Assembly: GCA_964016885.1 (NCBI GenBank)
Contig: OZ024741.1
Coordinates: 205,220,001 to 205,284,000, forward strand
Length of the DNA stretch: 64,000 nucleotides
From: Eledone cirrhosa
Lineage: Eukaryota
Direction of reading: 5' to 3'
Shown here piece by piece: positions 13,430 through 26,449 of the stretch (position 1 is its first letter; each line of letters starts with the position of its first letter). A program made the translations under genes and the position numbers. Below the pieces are notes generated by a model. It did not search any database and was not told the DNA's origin. It saw only the letters and a program-made list of their open reading frames with translations.

Positions 13430-13790
13430 TCGATGGCAGAGAGCAGTGTTCAGCTCTGTAACAATACGGGGCTATGAGTGGGGTGAGGAATTATTTGCGT
13501 TTGATTATATGTACCTGTGTATGTGGCAAAGTGCTATGATTTATGGGAGTAAGACATGGGTGATGAACATGGAGCAGCAGAGAAGGCTGCAAAATATGGA
13601 AACAAGAATGGTTCAATGAATGAGTGAAGTATCACTCAGAGAAAGGAACCCAAACAATGAATTGTTGAGGATGATAGGAATAGAACCAGTGATGAATGTT
13701 CAGAAGAAAAATTGAATGAGATGGTTGTGCAAATGTGTTGAAGGATAAAAGTGAGAGGGTACCTTGTGTTTTAGCAAGGAAATTGACCAT
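13430..13790 (+). mobile_element. Highly degenerate RTE ORF2 3' fragment
   Basis: YGSKTWVMNMEQQRRLQNMETRMV-like motif. Confidence 0.5.
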
Positions 13791-14069
13791 AAAATGTTTG
13801 TCATTGTATATGTACCTAGTATCTAGCATGCATTGATGGATAATAGGTTATGTTTCAAACACCAGCTTAACATAAAAGTTGGTTATATTACCAAATCCCT
13901 CCAAATTCTTAATTATTTTCAAATAATTCTGAAAATCATAGGCAGTGACTTTAATTAGAAACATGGTAAAGAAAGAGTTAAAGAGAAGCACTTGGAAAAG
14001 ATAGTTGGCACTCAAAAAGCATAAGAAAGTAAATCATATTTAGACACTCAGCCTCATTTGCAGCTGACT

Positions 14070-14660
14070 TTCCATCACAACTGGAGCCGGCAGGCTTTGA
14101 CCATGAAGATGGTAAGCGCCCCTATGGAATCACCCACTTCCTATTCGAAGGAGGTAGATCCCTCATCTGAGACACCACATGTTGTGACACATTCTCCATC
14201 TCCAACTTAGCCCCAAACCCCAGTACCACAGTCTGCGTTGCAGAGGAAAGGAAGATAAACAAATACCGGGGATTGTCCGGCCCCTTCCTCTTCGCTGTTG
14301 AGGCTTCAGGCATACTTGGACCCCGTACTGTCGAGCTCCTCTGCAAGATCGGAACGTCGACGGCTCGTCTGAGGAAGGACCCCCACGAGGTGGGGTGGCT
14401 GTTGCATCGGGTGTCACTGGCCATTGTCTGAGGGAATGCTTTTGCAGTCTTGTCCACGGGGCGCAGCCCCATTACCACCACGCCCTAAGCCCAATTCCCC
14501 TCCCCATTTTTCTGTGACATTAGAGTCTTTGTCATTCCTTCCCTTTTCTGTTTTTTTTTTCTTTATATTTTCATAATTTACATTCCATTCTTTCTTCTCA
14601 ATCTAAATTTTCTCTTTTTCTTTTTCTATTAAACTGTATCCTATTTTGATGATAATAAAG
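14070..14660 (+). mobile_element. 3' fragment of a CRE-clade non-LTR retrotransposon (RLE domain)
   Basis: LEPAGFDHEDGKRP.GIT..GRSLI*DTTCCDTF..AEERKINKY..AVEASGILGP..LLHRVSLAIV*GNA, then a pyrimidine-rich 3'UTR and AATAAA. Confidence 0.8.
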
Positions 14661-15214
14661 AAAAGATATCACATTCAAGTATGTGTGAGAATGAGTTACG
14701 TGTGTATAGAAGGAAACAGGTGAGATGAGTGGTTTCTAAAACTAGTCAGAGAATCAGAGTTACTGAATCTAGTGGGACTATATGGAATATGGATATCATG
14801 GAACCTGAAACTAAGCCATTTCTCTGTAACCATCAACAATTAATGAGAGATGAGAAATGTAAGAACATCTCATTTCTATTAGTTCCCCAATGTGCACACC
14901 CATTGGTGGATTCAGTAAATACAACAGTATTTAATTCTGAACTAAAATTAACAAACAGCATTCCAATGTATTTTTTAGTTTAGTATAATTTGAAGAACAA
15001 TTGAGACAGTGTCTACTATGGATCTATTTGCCTGATAGTTATACTAACAGAGGTCAAAGGTGATGGGAAACAACAAATCCAGTTTCTAAAGATATTTTGT
15101 TAATATAAGTGCACTAGGTGGTAGTCATTGTCTTAAGTGTAATAGGTAATAGTCAATGGTAGTGATCATTGTTATGATAAGTGTAATGGACAGTATATAA
15201 AATAAATATGTAGT

Positions 15215-15415
15215 AGTGCTGGTTCCACTATAACATGCACCCAGTACCTGTTGTGAAGTGGTTGGCATTAGGAAGGACATCAAGCCATAGAAACCCTGCC
15301 AAACTGGAACATATGAGCAAGACGGTGTCATCTATCCTGTTTAGCTTCATGTTCTAACCTGTCTAACCCATGCAAACACAGAAAATAGAAATAAAATTGG
15401 GATAACGATGATGAG
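15215..15415 (+). mobile_element. Degenerate bipartite RTE-module/SINE 3' part
   Basis: GGTTGGCATTAGGAAGGACATC module plus AACCCATGCAAACAC..GATGATG tail. Similar pieces at ~11720, 26050-26450, 37010-37200 (-) and 37995 (-). Confidence 0.6.
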
Positions 15416-17217
15416 TACTCATTGTAATGTTTATTACAACAAGCCACTGTTATCACATTGAACTATAGACACTAATATGAAACAATTAAATACCACAATT
15501 CTTAAGTGAGAGAGATACACTTTACTAGCTGGTTACTGCAGAAAAAGTAAAAATAAACGTCATACTTTCTAGGTGTGGTATTTAAAAAATTGTTATTTTT
15601 TACGTGTAAATTTTGGAGTTACAGACATACATATATACATACATACACACACACACAAACACATGGTGTACTATTATGATTGATTCCTGTGAACTGTAAC
15701 AACATCTGTAAAATCTTTTATATGTATGTACAACAGACTGTATAGTACAGCTGATACATACATATCCCAAAGTATGGGCATGAGTCCCATATGGCCTCCT
15801 AAGAAAACATTTGAGGCACTCAGGTAGACATGGGGTTCTGTAATTGCAGAATCAGGTTACAAGCTCACTGACCTAGTAGGTACTCTCACCACTCTTAATC
15901 AGAGATTTGCAAATAGAGTCAAATAGAGTCAAATAGAAGCTAGGAACATTGAGACATAGACTGTCTAAGAAGAGACTAATTTGTAACTTTGTATGCATCT
16001 ACAATGTTTGTATAAACTATATATAAATATATACATATGTGTGCTTAAGCGTTTATATTCACCTAAAAAAACTTCCATCATAATTTTATGCAAGAATCTT
16101 CGTTAAAACATACTCGAAAAAGCTTAATAATGAAAACATTATATTACTGAACTCCTTAAAATTCCTGATTATTTTCAAAATTATTTGAAGATGATATATG
16201 GTTAGGAAAGGGTTAATGGAAGAAAAACAGAGATGTAATGGAAATAGAGATACTGTTATGGTGTGCTGAGTGCAATGCTTATATGTAAAAAACCAACATA
16301 GAAAACCTGAAACCTTCCAGAATCTTTTTAGCCTTTTTTATACCAACCCAGCTAAAACCAGCTCCTGTTCACTGTAACCAAACCTGCCCATTTCAAATTA
16401 AAATCTTCCAACATCATTTTAGTAAATCCCTCAAAATTGTTATTGTTATGAAAGGGTTAATATGGTAATCATCAAGCTATCTAATTAAATCTAAAATTAT
16501 GTTGTATATTCCAGAGAAGCAACATCCCCACCAGCATAAAAAAAAAAACAAAAAAAAAAATTCCAATCATAATGAAAAGAAATTTCACCTTAATCTTTGA
16601 AAAGGTTTCTTCATCGTCTATCCTGAATTAAATATCTAGCTATTGGTAAAACGAAGTGCAATATTCATTAACATAGAGACTAGTTTGCAATGTGAAAAGG
16701 AAATCTTTGACTTAATTTTAGTGAAGACAGAGGAAAGTGTTTGTAGAGAAGCCAAGTGGAGAAGAGAGGACTGCAAACATCTGATTTAAAATCAGCAAAA
16801 AAAGACAAGCACTCCATTTAGCAGAGTTCATCACCAAACTGCTCTTTCATTCAACACAAAACATATTGTACATATAGCAAGACATCTTGGTAAATTCCTT
16901 TTACCTAAACTATGCTAACGATCATGAAAAACTATCTGCTCAGATATAACCATATTTATTATTCGTACAAGGAAACCAAAGAAAGAAAGAGATAGGGAGG
17001 TAGATAACTAAAGAACTTCAGCAGTGAAAGTATGAAAAAGAATATCTGAAAGAAATCCCACCAAATTAATTTTAACTGCAGACATATTCTGGATAACACA
17101 ATTTTTTGAGTTACACACAAACATGACCAACAAAAGATCAACTCTGTACACTTTACACACACACACACACACACACACACTTAACTTACTGTTGCTGAGT
17201 AGACTGAGACTTTAGCA

Positions 17218-17256
<39 letters not shown>

Positions 17257-17300
17257 TGTCATCATCATACTCATACATATATGTATACACACACACACAT

Positions 17301-18112
17301 AACTGCCACTTCTTTGCAGAAGAGCGTCATCTCTTCAACATTGTGATGAACAGCCATGAGCCTGCAAATGACTGCAAACCTACCTCACTCCTGCATCCTG
17401 TTTTACAGATGTGACACACACAAGGCTCTCGGACAATCTTGAACGTAACTTCCACCTTATGCACTCTCATGTGCCACTTCAGTCCTGTAGCCGACCTACA
17501 GCCTTTTTTGCAAAACTGATACAAATACCCTGCAGAGTTTCAAGAAGGACACCAACATAATCAGCTCCAGACTGCTGATTGCTATGAGCTTTTAAATGAC
17601 TAGCAAGCCCGACACAAGAAAGAACACCCTTTCTGCAGATGATACAGACATGATCGAACCAGATACCCTTCAGAACCGAGTCTAAATCACCTTTCCTGAG
17701 GGCTTTTTTAATCACTGAATGTTCCATCCTTTTGATTTCAAAGCGATCACAACCATCATAAACCAGTCTTCTCCAACCAGATCTACTCTCTGCCTCATCT
17801 TCCCAATGCTCAACACTAATACCAAGTGTCTCCAGGTTGCTTTTGACAACATCTATTAAACGCTTCTTGGGTTTGTGTCTGGGGTGTTTACCAAGAGTTT
17901 AACTAGACCAAATGCGCTTAGGCAACATCCCATCTCCCATTCACCTTAAATGCCCTGCCCAACACAGTTGGTTTTGAATGAGTAGTTTTTCTAAGCTGGA
18001 TGTATTGGCCTGCTGCAGAACAAGGTTGTCAAGTGTAAATGACTGCCACTTTATGTTCAAAATACGCCATAGGCATTTTTAGCGGAACCTTTCCAATGTC
18101 TTGATATGATGT
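17301..18112 (-). mobile_element. 5'-truncated RTE LINE with C-terminal C2H2 zinc fingers
   Basis: CLWRILNIKW..NQLCWAGHLR..HKPKKR..WRRLVYDG, then CIICRK..LASHLKAH, FCKKGC..LKWHMRVH and CHICKTGC. Ends in stem-loop CTTCT-GCAA-AGAAG, then TGGCAG and (TG)n. Confidence 0.85.
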
Positions 18113-18314
18113 GGTCCAAGTCTCAAAAGAGTACATGAGAGCAGGATTGGTAGGCATATATCTTAGTGCCAAACGAGATGCCTTTATCTGACCAGACGCA
18201 TCCCTCCAACATCAGACCTGGTTGTCTCACAGCTGGACAGTACATCCTACCCATTCTAGCATGGAAAATGGACGTTAAATGATGATATATACACATACGT
18301 AAATATATACACCT

Positions 18315-18345
<31 letters not shown>

Positions 18346-18829
18346 CCTACAAACACACATACATATATACACATATACATACACACACCAACACATACAC
18401 ACATACGTATGTATATATGCATACATATACAATGCTTCTATTCAAGGTAATAATTGTTTAGTTGAGTGTAAAGAGTGTAAGAGCTGCAAAAGATTGTGGC
18501 ATACTGTGCCACAATTCACAGAAAAGAGAGGTGCCGAAAGCTTTGTGTCTATATAGTAAAGTAATTTCAATAATCGAGGAGTAACATCAACGGCAAGAAT
18601 TTGATAACATATGGCCATGTAATATCTGTACTTAGTTTACACACACATATACAAATAGGCAGAGAATATTTCTGATTATGTGTGGATTATGCTTGGCCAA
18701 TTATACCATGAGGTCATTGCCACTGCAGATACATATATATTGTTCCGAAGAAATTGTTTTGTTAAAAACAGGAACAAGCAGGAGAAAGCTCTTAACATTC
18801 ATAGTTTGTAGTTACGATGGAGATTCAGT

Positions 18830-19015
18830 ATAATTATTTCTACTTTTGGCACAAGGCCAGCAATTATCCCAGTACATTACTGGAACTTTATTTTATCGAC
18901 CCCGTAAGGATGAAAGACAAAGTGAACCTTGGCGGGATTTAAACTCAGACTATAAAGGGGCGTAACTATGCTGCAAAGCATGGCGTCCAATGTTCTACCA
19001 ATACTGCCAATCCCC
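18830..19015 (-). mobile_element. SINE family 2 copy
   Basis: Reverse complement of 3024-3214. Confidence 0.85.
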
Positions 19016-19020
19016 CTTAA

Positions 19021-19336
19021 GAAAGATGCTGATGTTACAAAAATCGTTTATTCATTATAATTATTTCAACGGTTCTCCCATGCAATCAAGATGTAATTCA
19101 TGCATTTGTTGTTGTTATGAGAAAGGTATCCTAAGATGAAATTCGATTTTGTGATATGCCACCGGCGCATGAGCTGAAGGACATGTTTTTCCTGCTGGCG
19201 GCATATCACAAAATCGAATTTCATCTGAGGATACCGTTCTCATAACAACAATAAATGCATGAATTACATCTTGATTGCATGGGAGAACCATTGAAATAAT
19301 TATAATGAATAAACAATTTATGTGACAGCATCTTTC
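19021..19336. mobile_element. Palindromic MITE, Kolobok-like
   Basis: ~145 bp inverted arms, GA...TC termini, flanked by TTAA at 19017-20 and 19337-40. Confidence 0.75.
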
Positions 19337-19368
19337 TTAATGTTATTATAATATATATATATATGTAC

Positions 19369-19558
19369 AGTGGATTGGCAGTATTGGTAGAGAGTCGGAC
19401 GCCATGCTTTGACGTATAGAGTTACGGCCCTTGCCATTCTGAGTTCAAATCGCGCCAAGGTTAACTTTGCCTTTCATCCTTACGGGGTCGATAAAATAAA
19501 GTACCAGTAATGCACTGGGTAATTGCTGGCCTTGTGCCTAACATAGAAACAATTATAA
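19369..19558 (+). mobile_element. SINE family 2 copy
   Basis: Matches 3024-3214. Confidence 0.85.
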
Positions 19559-20419
19559 TATATAATGTATATATATATATATATGATGCTCAGACAATAA
19601 GCATTCAGGTATTCGATCAACTGAACTTCTGACGCTTGAACTAGCATATAGTGGCTGAGTATTCCAGAGACATATGTACCGTCAACATCATTCTCAAGCA
19701 GAATCAATATTACACAATATGAGACAAGGGTACAATTTTGAATTACAGCTAAAACTCATCCAAAGGGCTTCCACCCAATTTCACTCACAAGACATGGGTC
19801 AACCTGAGGTTATGGTGAAAGACTGTGTGGCATGTTAGGCAGAACATATTCACATAGTGGCATAGAACACGGAACTTTGTATATACACATACAAATATAT
19901 GTAAATATTAGTTGGTTGAGTCACTCTATTTGAAGTTGTTGGTGACCTATTCCTAACTCTCCTCTGAACCTCTTTGCTATCCATTTAATACTATGATGGT
20001 ACTTGATACCTTTCAAAAACAGACCTGGTTGTTTATCAGTGAGTTATATCTGCTTTCTCACCTAATTCTAGCATGACATTACTAGCCAAACTTAATATCA
20101 TTTCTTAATTCAAACTCCCTATGGATAGTATTTATTTTGTAGCACTAAAATACATGCATCTGTCTTAAATTTGCTAATTATCTGGTTTATTTTAATTATG
20201 TTAGTTGGTATAATTTTTCTCTTGGTCTGAAACTACATTATATGTGGCAAGAATTTAATTGTAATGTAAGTGAAAATTTCTGTTTTGCTACTTTCCTGCC
20301 TGGTCATATGTATTACAACATATAATTATTGTTGTTTTCCTAATATTGTCTGACATTTTCACATCTAATTTTCATTGAGTTTTTATGGTACAATTAAATC
20401 AAGATGATTTTATTTCAAA

Positions 20420-20468
<49 letters not shown>

Positions 20469-20949
20469 GATAAACATCACCGATTTTCTCTTGGGTGATT
20501 TTAAACTGGGTGACTTCAAATGTTAATGACCGGAGGGTCACATTCTTCTCGGAATGTCATTGCTTCAACGAAAACTACTACTTAATTAATGAATAATACT
20601 CTACCAAAAAGGGTAATGATATTCTAAATCTTTGTTGCACATTAATATCGAACTCATCCATAATGTGAAAGTGACACACTTTCTCAGACTATAACATAGT
20701 AGAATGTATGGTCTGACAGAAACAGTGGATATGTATCCCCCTCCCACCCACCCAAGAAGTACCTGAACTCAATTCAGCCTGAGCACTCACAAAGTGATTC
20801 AGAAGGAGATCCCTCAAATGAAAGTACACAAAAAGCCTCTTTATGCAAGATATTAACATACAATTTAAACAATTTCTGTCAAGAATGCAAAACATATGCA
20901 TTAAACTTGTAACAGTAAAAAAGACCAACACACACAAAAGTAAAATTCT

Positions 20950-22497
20950 CAGAGATTAAAAAAAAAAAAACTTTTCTGAGACAAAGATCTCAAGCCACCT
21001 AAATAATTTTAAAACAGCAGAAAAGTCTACTTAAAAATGAACTCAAACACTCCCATGAAAATGAGAGGGCAGAAAGACAAGCCAGTGCTATAGAAAATAT
21101 AAAAATGAACCTTAACTCTTTAGCATTTAAACCGGCTATATCTGATCAGAATTCTTTCACCTCTTTCTGTTTAAACCAGCTGTAACCGGCTGCTCATACT
21201 GACTTTAAGGTATTGTTCTCAAAATGAATATTATAAAAATCTCATAGATTCAATATTATGTGAGATAAAGCCTTTACCATGAAAATACAATAGTAAATAT
21301 AGAGTAATGTGAATGCTAAAGGGTTAATGCCTTCTATAAATTTGCAATGAGTCGGTTTGAGTATACTATAAGATAGGGCAACTGTTCCAAGTTGGGTTGC
21401 TGATGACACACTTCAAAAGAGTAAGTGAAATACTGAATGAGCAATTCAAAAATGTTTTCATCTCCTCAGCAGAACACATTCAAATAAATAAGGAAAACAA
21501 GTTCCTTAACATCACAGCTCTACATAGAGGAATGGCAATTGGCAATTACATAGATTTAAAGGAGAAAGATGTAATATCAACCATGTACAAATTGGAATTC
21601 AACTTAGCTACTGGCCCGATGGTTTTCCCAGTAATTTTCCTAATAACATCCAAATGAGTCTTAGAAAAACCACTACAGATCCCAAAGCTTTATTGCAAAC
21701 CATAAACTCAATGAAAAGTGAAAGGAAGGCATATGCCTTACAGATAAGAGACAGCAGAACAGATGCTAAAAATTACAGACCTCTCTTTTTAAACTTGCTT
21801 GTCAGCAAAGCTATAGAACAAATTAGAGGGAAACTAATCATATTCCTGGAAGAAAATGACTTGCAAGTTGACTCCAAGCATGGCTTTCACCCAGGCAGAA
21901 ACAGCTTTTACAGTACTATGACTGGGTATTAAAACCATTGCTAAACTACTCAAACATGGATATGCTATATCTTGACTTTTTGAAGGCTTTTGATAAGGTT
22001 GATCATGAAATGACATGTCACAAACTGCGTGATCTCAGCATAATTGGAAAACTAAGAGTGACAACATGACTTCCTAAGAGCAAAAGCCAAGCAGTTGCAG
22101 CCAATGAAGCTCTCTCAAAGGAAACAATAGTAAGACAGGGAACTGTCTTGAGGGCCATCATTGTTTGTAGTGGTTCTTTCAGGCATACCCTTCGATGTAC
22201 AGGCAACCATACTATGCTAATGATACAAAAATAGCACAGACATTCAAGAATCCTAGTGATACAACTTACTTACAAGAGGGCCAAAGACAACAATTTGCAA
22301 TTTAATGCTGGAATATTTCAAGCCCTCTGCAATCAATGTGTAAACACAGACACACTGCAAGATACACTGTACCAAGAGGAATTGAAATCCAGTTATGAAA
22401 TCAGTGCATGACCTGGGGATCAATTTGAGCAATGATGCATCATTTCATGCACATGTCACTAAGTTGACACTAATGTGGAGACAACTGGCTGGCTGGA
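20950..22497 (+). mobile_element. Decayed CR1/L2-group LINE ORF2, interrupted by a MITE
   Basis: SEILNEQFKNVF, DAKNYRPL, FLEENDLQVDSKHGF, KAFDKVDH, QGTVL, YANDTKI, DLGI remnants with stops and frameshifts. Confidence 0.75.
21116..21323. mobile_element. piggyBac-like MITE
   Basis: TTAA TSDs (21112-15 and 21324-27), TIR C(T/C)CTTTAGCATT. Second copy at 39327. Confidence 0.8.
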
Positions 22498-22669
22498 ATT
22501 TCATGCTTAAGTGCACTTTCTAAACAAGTTTGAAAAAAGCACTTAAGCATGATAATTCTGATCCCTGAGTCACAGGTATAACTTTAAAGCTATAATAAAA
22601 TATACCATCATTCTACCCAGATGTTGAGTTATTTCTCCTGTTTGCATAGCCGAACTTATACATAAACGT

Positions 22670-23370
22670 CAACATCAACAAATATGTCCTTTTTTCCGTA
22701 TGAGTTGGATGAATTTTCTTCAGATCCATTCTCTACTTGTTACCTTTGGCATCTCTAAGGTTCGGTTACCTGACTAGTTTTCACCACATCTGCCCATATG
22801 TATCACATGCTCATACCAACACAATTTTCTCCCTACATCTCATTTCCCTCAAGCTCATCTGTGGTTTGTGGTTCACACACAAAGTTACACATCAAACAGA
22901 GAAGGCTAGCCTCATTTCTTTCTAAACTTCACAAACCCTCTATATGCAACACCAATGTCCCACTTTTATGCAACTTTGTAGTTCACATGCAGGCATCATA
23001 TAATCTTCTGTTCAATTGGAGAGATAATCCCTTGGTTGGCAACATTAGGTAATAGCTCCCTGAGCTTTTCCTACCAAGTTTTTATTCTGGCTACTATGCT
23101 TTCTGAGCATTCCACTCCACTATCAATGATATGATATCTAGAGAACAGAAGCTATCAACTACCTCTATGGATTGGAAAGTATTTCACTGATGCTCTTACT
23201 ATTAGCTACCACTGTGTATTTGCCACATAAAATCATTCCGTCTCTGTTTGGCTACCTATAATCCTGCAACATTTCTTATGCACTTAAAATTTACACTGGG
23301 TGCACTGTATAGTTTCTATTGACATCTTTTTCTGTTTTAAAGGGATTTAATTGATGATATCAACCACAGT
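22670..23370 (-). mobile_element. Degenerate PHD-type RTE 3' fragment
   Basis: Reverse strand resembles IQCTQC..HKKC, EVVDSF, RELL and LYDAC motifs. Confidence 0.65.
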
Positions 23371-23371
23371 A

Positions 23372-23441
<70 letters not shown>

Positions 23442-24974
23442 CATACCTTAATTTGAAAAATAAAGACTTAACAAAAGACAGAGGAAACCAACCACAAAAT
23501 GTGACCATTGTCCAAAATATTTAACAAAGAAGAACAATCCATCATGAAGGTGAAGAGAGAAATATGATTTGAAAGAGAAAACAAAAAAAGATGTTGAAAA
23601 CAAAGGGGGGAGGGGGGAACAAACTAACAAACAAACAAAAAACACCCAAGCAGACAGAACAAGGCAATTGTTCATTTTAGCAAACATTAGTTGCGAAGTT
23701 GTAGTGTTCCTTGACTGATGTGGGTGGCAGAAAGAATATTGAGAGAGAAAAAAAAAAAGAAAAAAAAAGAAAAAAAAAAAAAAAAAAGGCAAGCAGAAAA
23801 AAAACAGCCAGGGTTTGGAGTGGGAGGGTGGTTGGTGCATTGACAAAGGATGGTAAATATCATTGATGAAGGGAGGTAAATATCGAAGGAGAGACTGGAG
23901 ATAAAGTTTAACTACCGCATTTTCCCATTCTCTCTTCCCCCTTCCACATTCTCTCTCTCATGCACAAACATGCACTCATTCCTCCTCTTTCTTACGCTCT
24001 CACACATTTAACAAACAAAATAATGATGATAATAATAATAATAATAATAATATAATAATAATGTCATTCCAGTACAGACCATGTCTACAAAATTCCGACA
24101 AATACAACAAAAAAAAAAAAAAAAAAATGAACAAAAAAAAAATGTGGAATATACAAGAATGTCTACCACCAAAAAATAGATGCATACTTCTGGAAAATTT
24201 GCGGATATCAAAATCCGGATATTTGGATGTTATTTCACAAAGTATTCCTTTCATAAAATGATCTGGAAAAAGTAGAAAGAAAGAGATGAAAGAGGAAAAC
24301 ATGAAATATAGCATGTTATTACTTTTTTTTTTTTTTTAATGGGTTTGTTTTATTTTCAAATTTTCTCTGATATCTTCCAAGATTCAAGTCAAGGCAATTA
24401 CATTTCACGTGGTTCGAGTAACGGCAACTTCTTTTTAAGCACTGCTCACACATGCATCTCAGCAAGGTCTTAGCCAAAATATCTCCAGGTTTGATATTTG
24501 GAAATATGTTCATCACAGTGCAGATAACAATAGATAATAGTTGAATAAATTTGGTAAAGCTACCCCTGGAGACGGAAAAAAGTGAACAGACCACATTTTT
24601 CTATCGTCAGAAGAAAATTTATTATTGAATTTATTTGACTATTATCTATAGTTATCAACTATTGCAGCAAATATAGTTTATGAATTCAAATTTCCCAATG
24701 CTTTGTAAGTTCAACCAATCTTGTTTACATCTCCCATTTTTCAGGTTTGTTCTGGTTTTTTCTTTATTTTTTTCTCTCAATTGAAGATGGTGTAGCATGA
24801 TAAAGTTCTCTAAACATTAATGCCAATTGACCAAAGGATCTGCAGTAAATACATGATGACTGCTATCACATTTACACTCAGGTGATCAGTTTATTATTCG
24901 GTTATATTTTACATTGATGCATTATGGGTATATTCAAGACTTTTCAACTCATCCTTGAGAAAACCATTTTTCAC

Positions 24975-25335
24975 CTGTAGATGTAGAGGTAGTGGTAACA
25001 GAAGCTGTAGTAGTGATGGTAGAAAATGTAGTAGTAGTAGTAGTGGTGGTAGTAACAGTAGATGTAGAAGTAGTAGTAACAGTAGGAGTAGATGGGGTAG
25101 TAGTGGTGGTGGTGGTAACAGTAGTAGATGGAGTAGTAGTGGTGGTGATAACAGCAGGAGTAGATGGAGTAGTAGTGGTGGTGGTGGTAACAGTAGGAGC
25201 AGATAGAGTAGGAGTAGATAAAATAGTGATTGTAAATGTACTAGTAGTAACAGTAGTAGTAACTATAGTATCTGTAGTGATGGTATTGGTGATGATAACC
25301 ATTGTAGATGTAGTAGCAGCAATAGTAGTAGTCTA
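24975..25335. repeat. (GTA/GGT)n trinucleotide-based low-complexity repeat
   Basis: Recurring GTAGTAGTGGTGGTGGTAACAGTAG units. Confidence 0.85.
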
Positions 25336-25707
25336 CCAGTACATACATGTTCAATTTCAAGAAACTCTGGTTTTAGTACTGTAATCACCTCCAATTCTCC
25401 TGTAAACATCAAAACTTTACTAACAAATGCCAAAACCAAAAGATTGAAGAGAAACAGTTTTATAACAAACAAATCTATCATTGAAACTTCTTCATGAAAA
25501 TCTAAGAATTTTTATCATTTGCAATGTTTCGTAGTATCAAAGATATTTAACCTAAAAATCACAAAAATAAACTAATAAAACACACACACAAACAAAACAG
25601 AAATGGGGTGTAAAAACAAAAGAAAATCCATTAAAGTATCATAATTTATACAACTAATTATCAATAGGTACTTGATTTCCATCTCTGGTAAATTTAATGT
25701 TTTAGAT

Positions 25708-25970
25708 CAGAGGTCCCAACCACTGGTCCGTGGATCACTTGCTACAGAGCCACAAAGAAATAATTAACTTGCTTAAAATTATATAATAAATAAATTGAAT
25801 ATTGAACTTTAATTTAAAAAGATTTATTTACATGAAGGTCAAAAGATTATACACTTTTTCTTCCCCTTAACAAATTGCTCTCTTTATTGAAATGCACTTT
25901 AACACACATATGCAACTACCAGTCCGCAGAAAGATTGTCTGGCATGAAGCCAGTCCGTGGTACAACAATA
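25708..25970 (+). mobile_element. hAT (Charlie-like) MITE remnant
   Basis: Starts CAGAGGTCCCAAC and has repeated (G/A)GTCCGTGG subterminal motifs. A similar short element lies at ~29361-29460. Confidence 0.5.
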
Positions 25971-26449
25971 ATAATACTAAAAATATTACTGATTCTATTC
26001 AACCACCCATCCCTTATAAAGAGGGCTCTTAAGTCAAAGACTGACAACTTCTCTAGTGTTGGTGCCACAAAGAAATGCATCCAGTACACCCTGTATGACA
26101 GTTAGCAATAGGAAGAGTACCCTGCTGTGAAAACCATGCCAAAAAGGGTTCTTTAGGGTCTACAAGACAAATGCAGCCAGTATACTCTGAAAAGTGGGTG
26201 TTAATAGAAAGTGTACCTAGTAGTAGAAAATATGCTAAACAAAGAGTCAGGAGGATTATTCGATTGTGTAAACCACCCTAGTGTTGGCAGCATGATAAAA
26301 TACACTCGGTAGAGCGCTGGAATGTATGTGAGATGCCTTCTCCCGATCCATCTGCGAGGTCAGTAGCTCCGCTTGAGTATCACTCAGTGTGTGATGACCT
26401 GTCCAACTCTTGTTAGCAGAGAAAACAAACATTAAATGACGATAATGAA

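Noticed and set aside
17327-17727. Host C2H2 zinc-finger gene
   Set aside because: The fingers are contiguous with RTE ORF2 motifs and an RTE tail, and are frameshifted
24949-25384. Thr-rich mucin-like, Val-rich and Ser/Gly-rich ORFs
   Set aside because: Open in several frames because of trinucleotide repeats; no domain or convincing splice context
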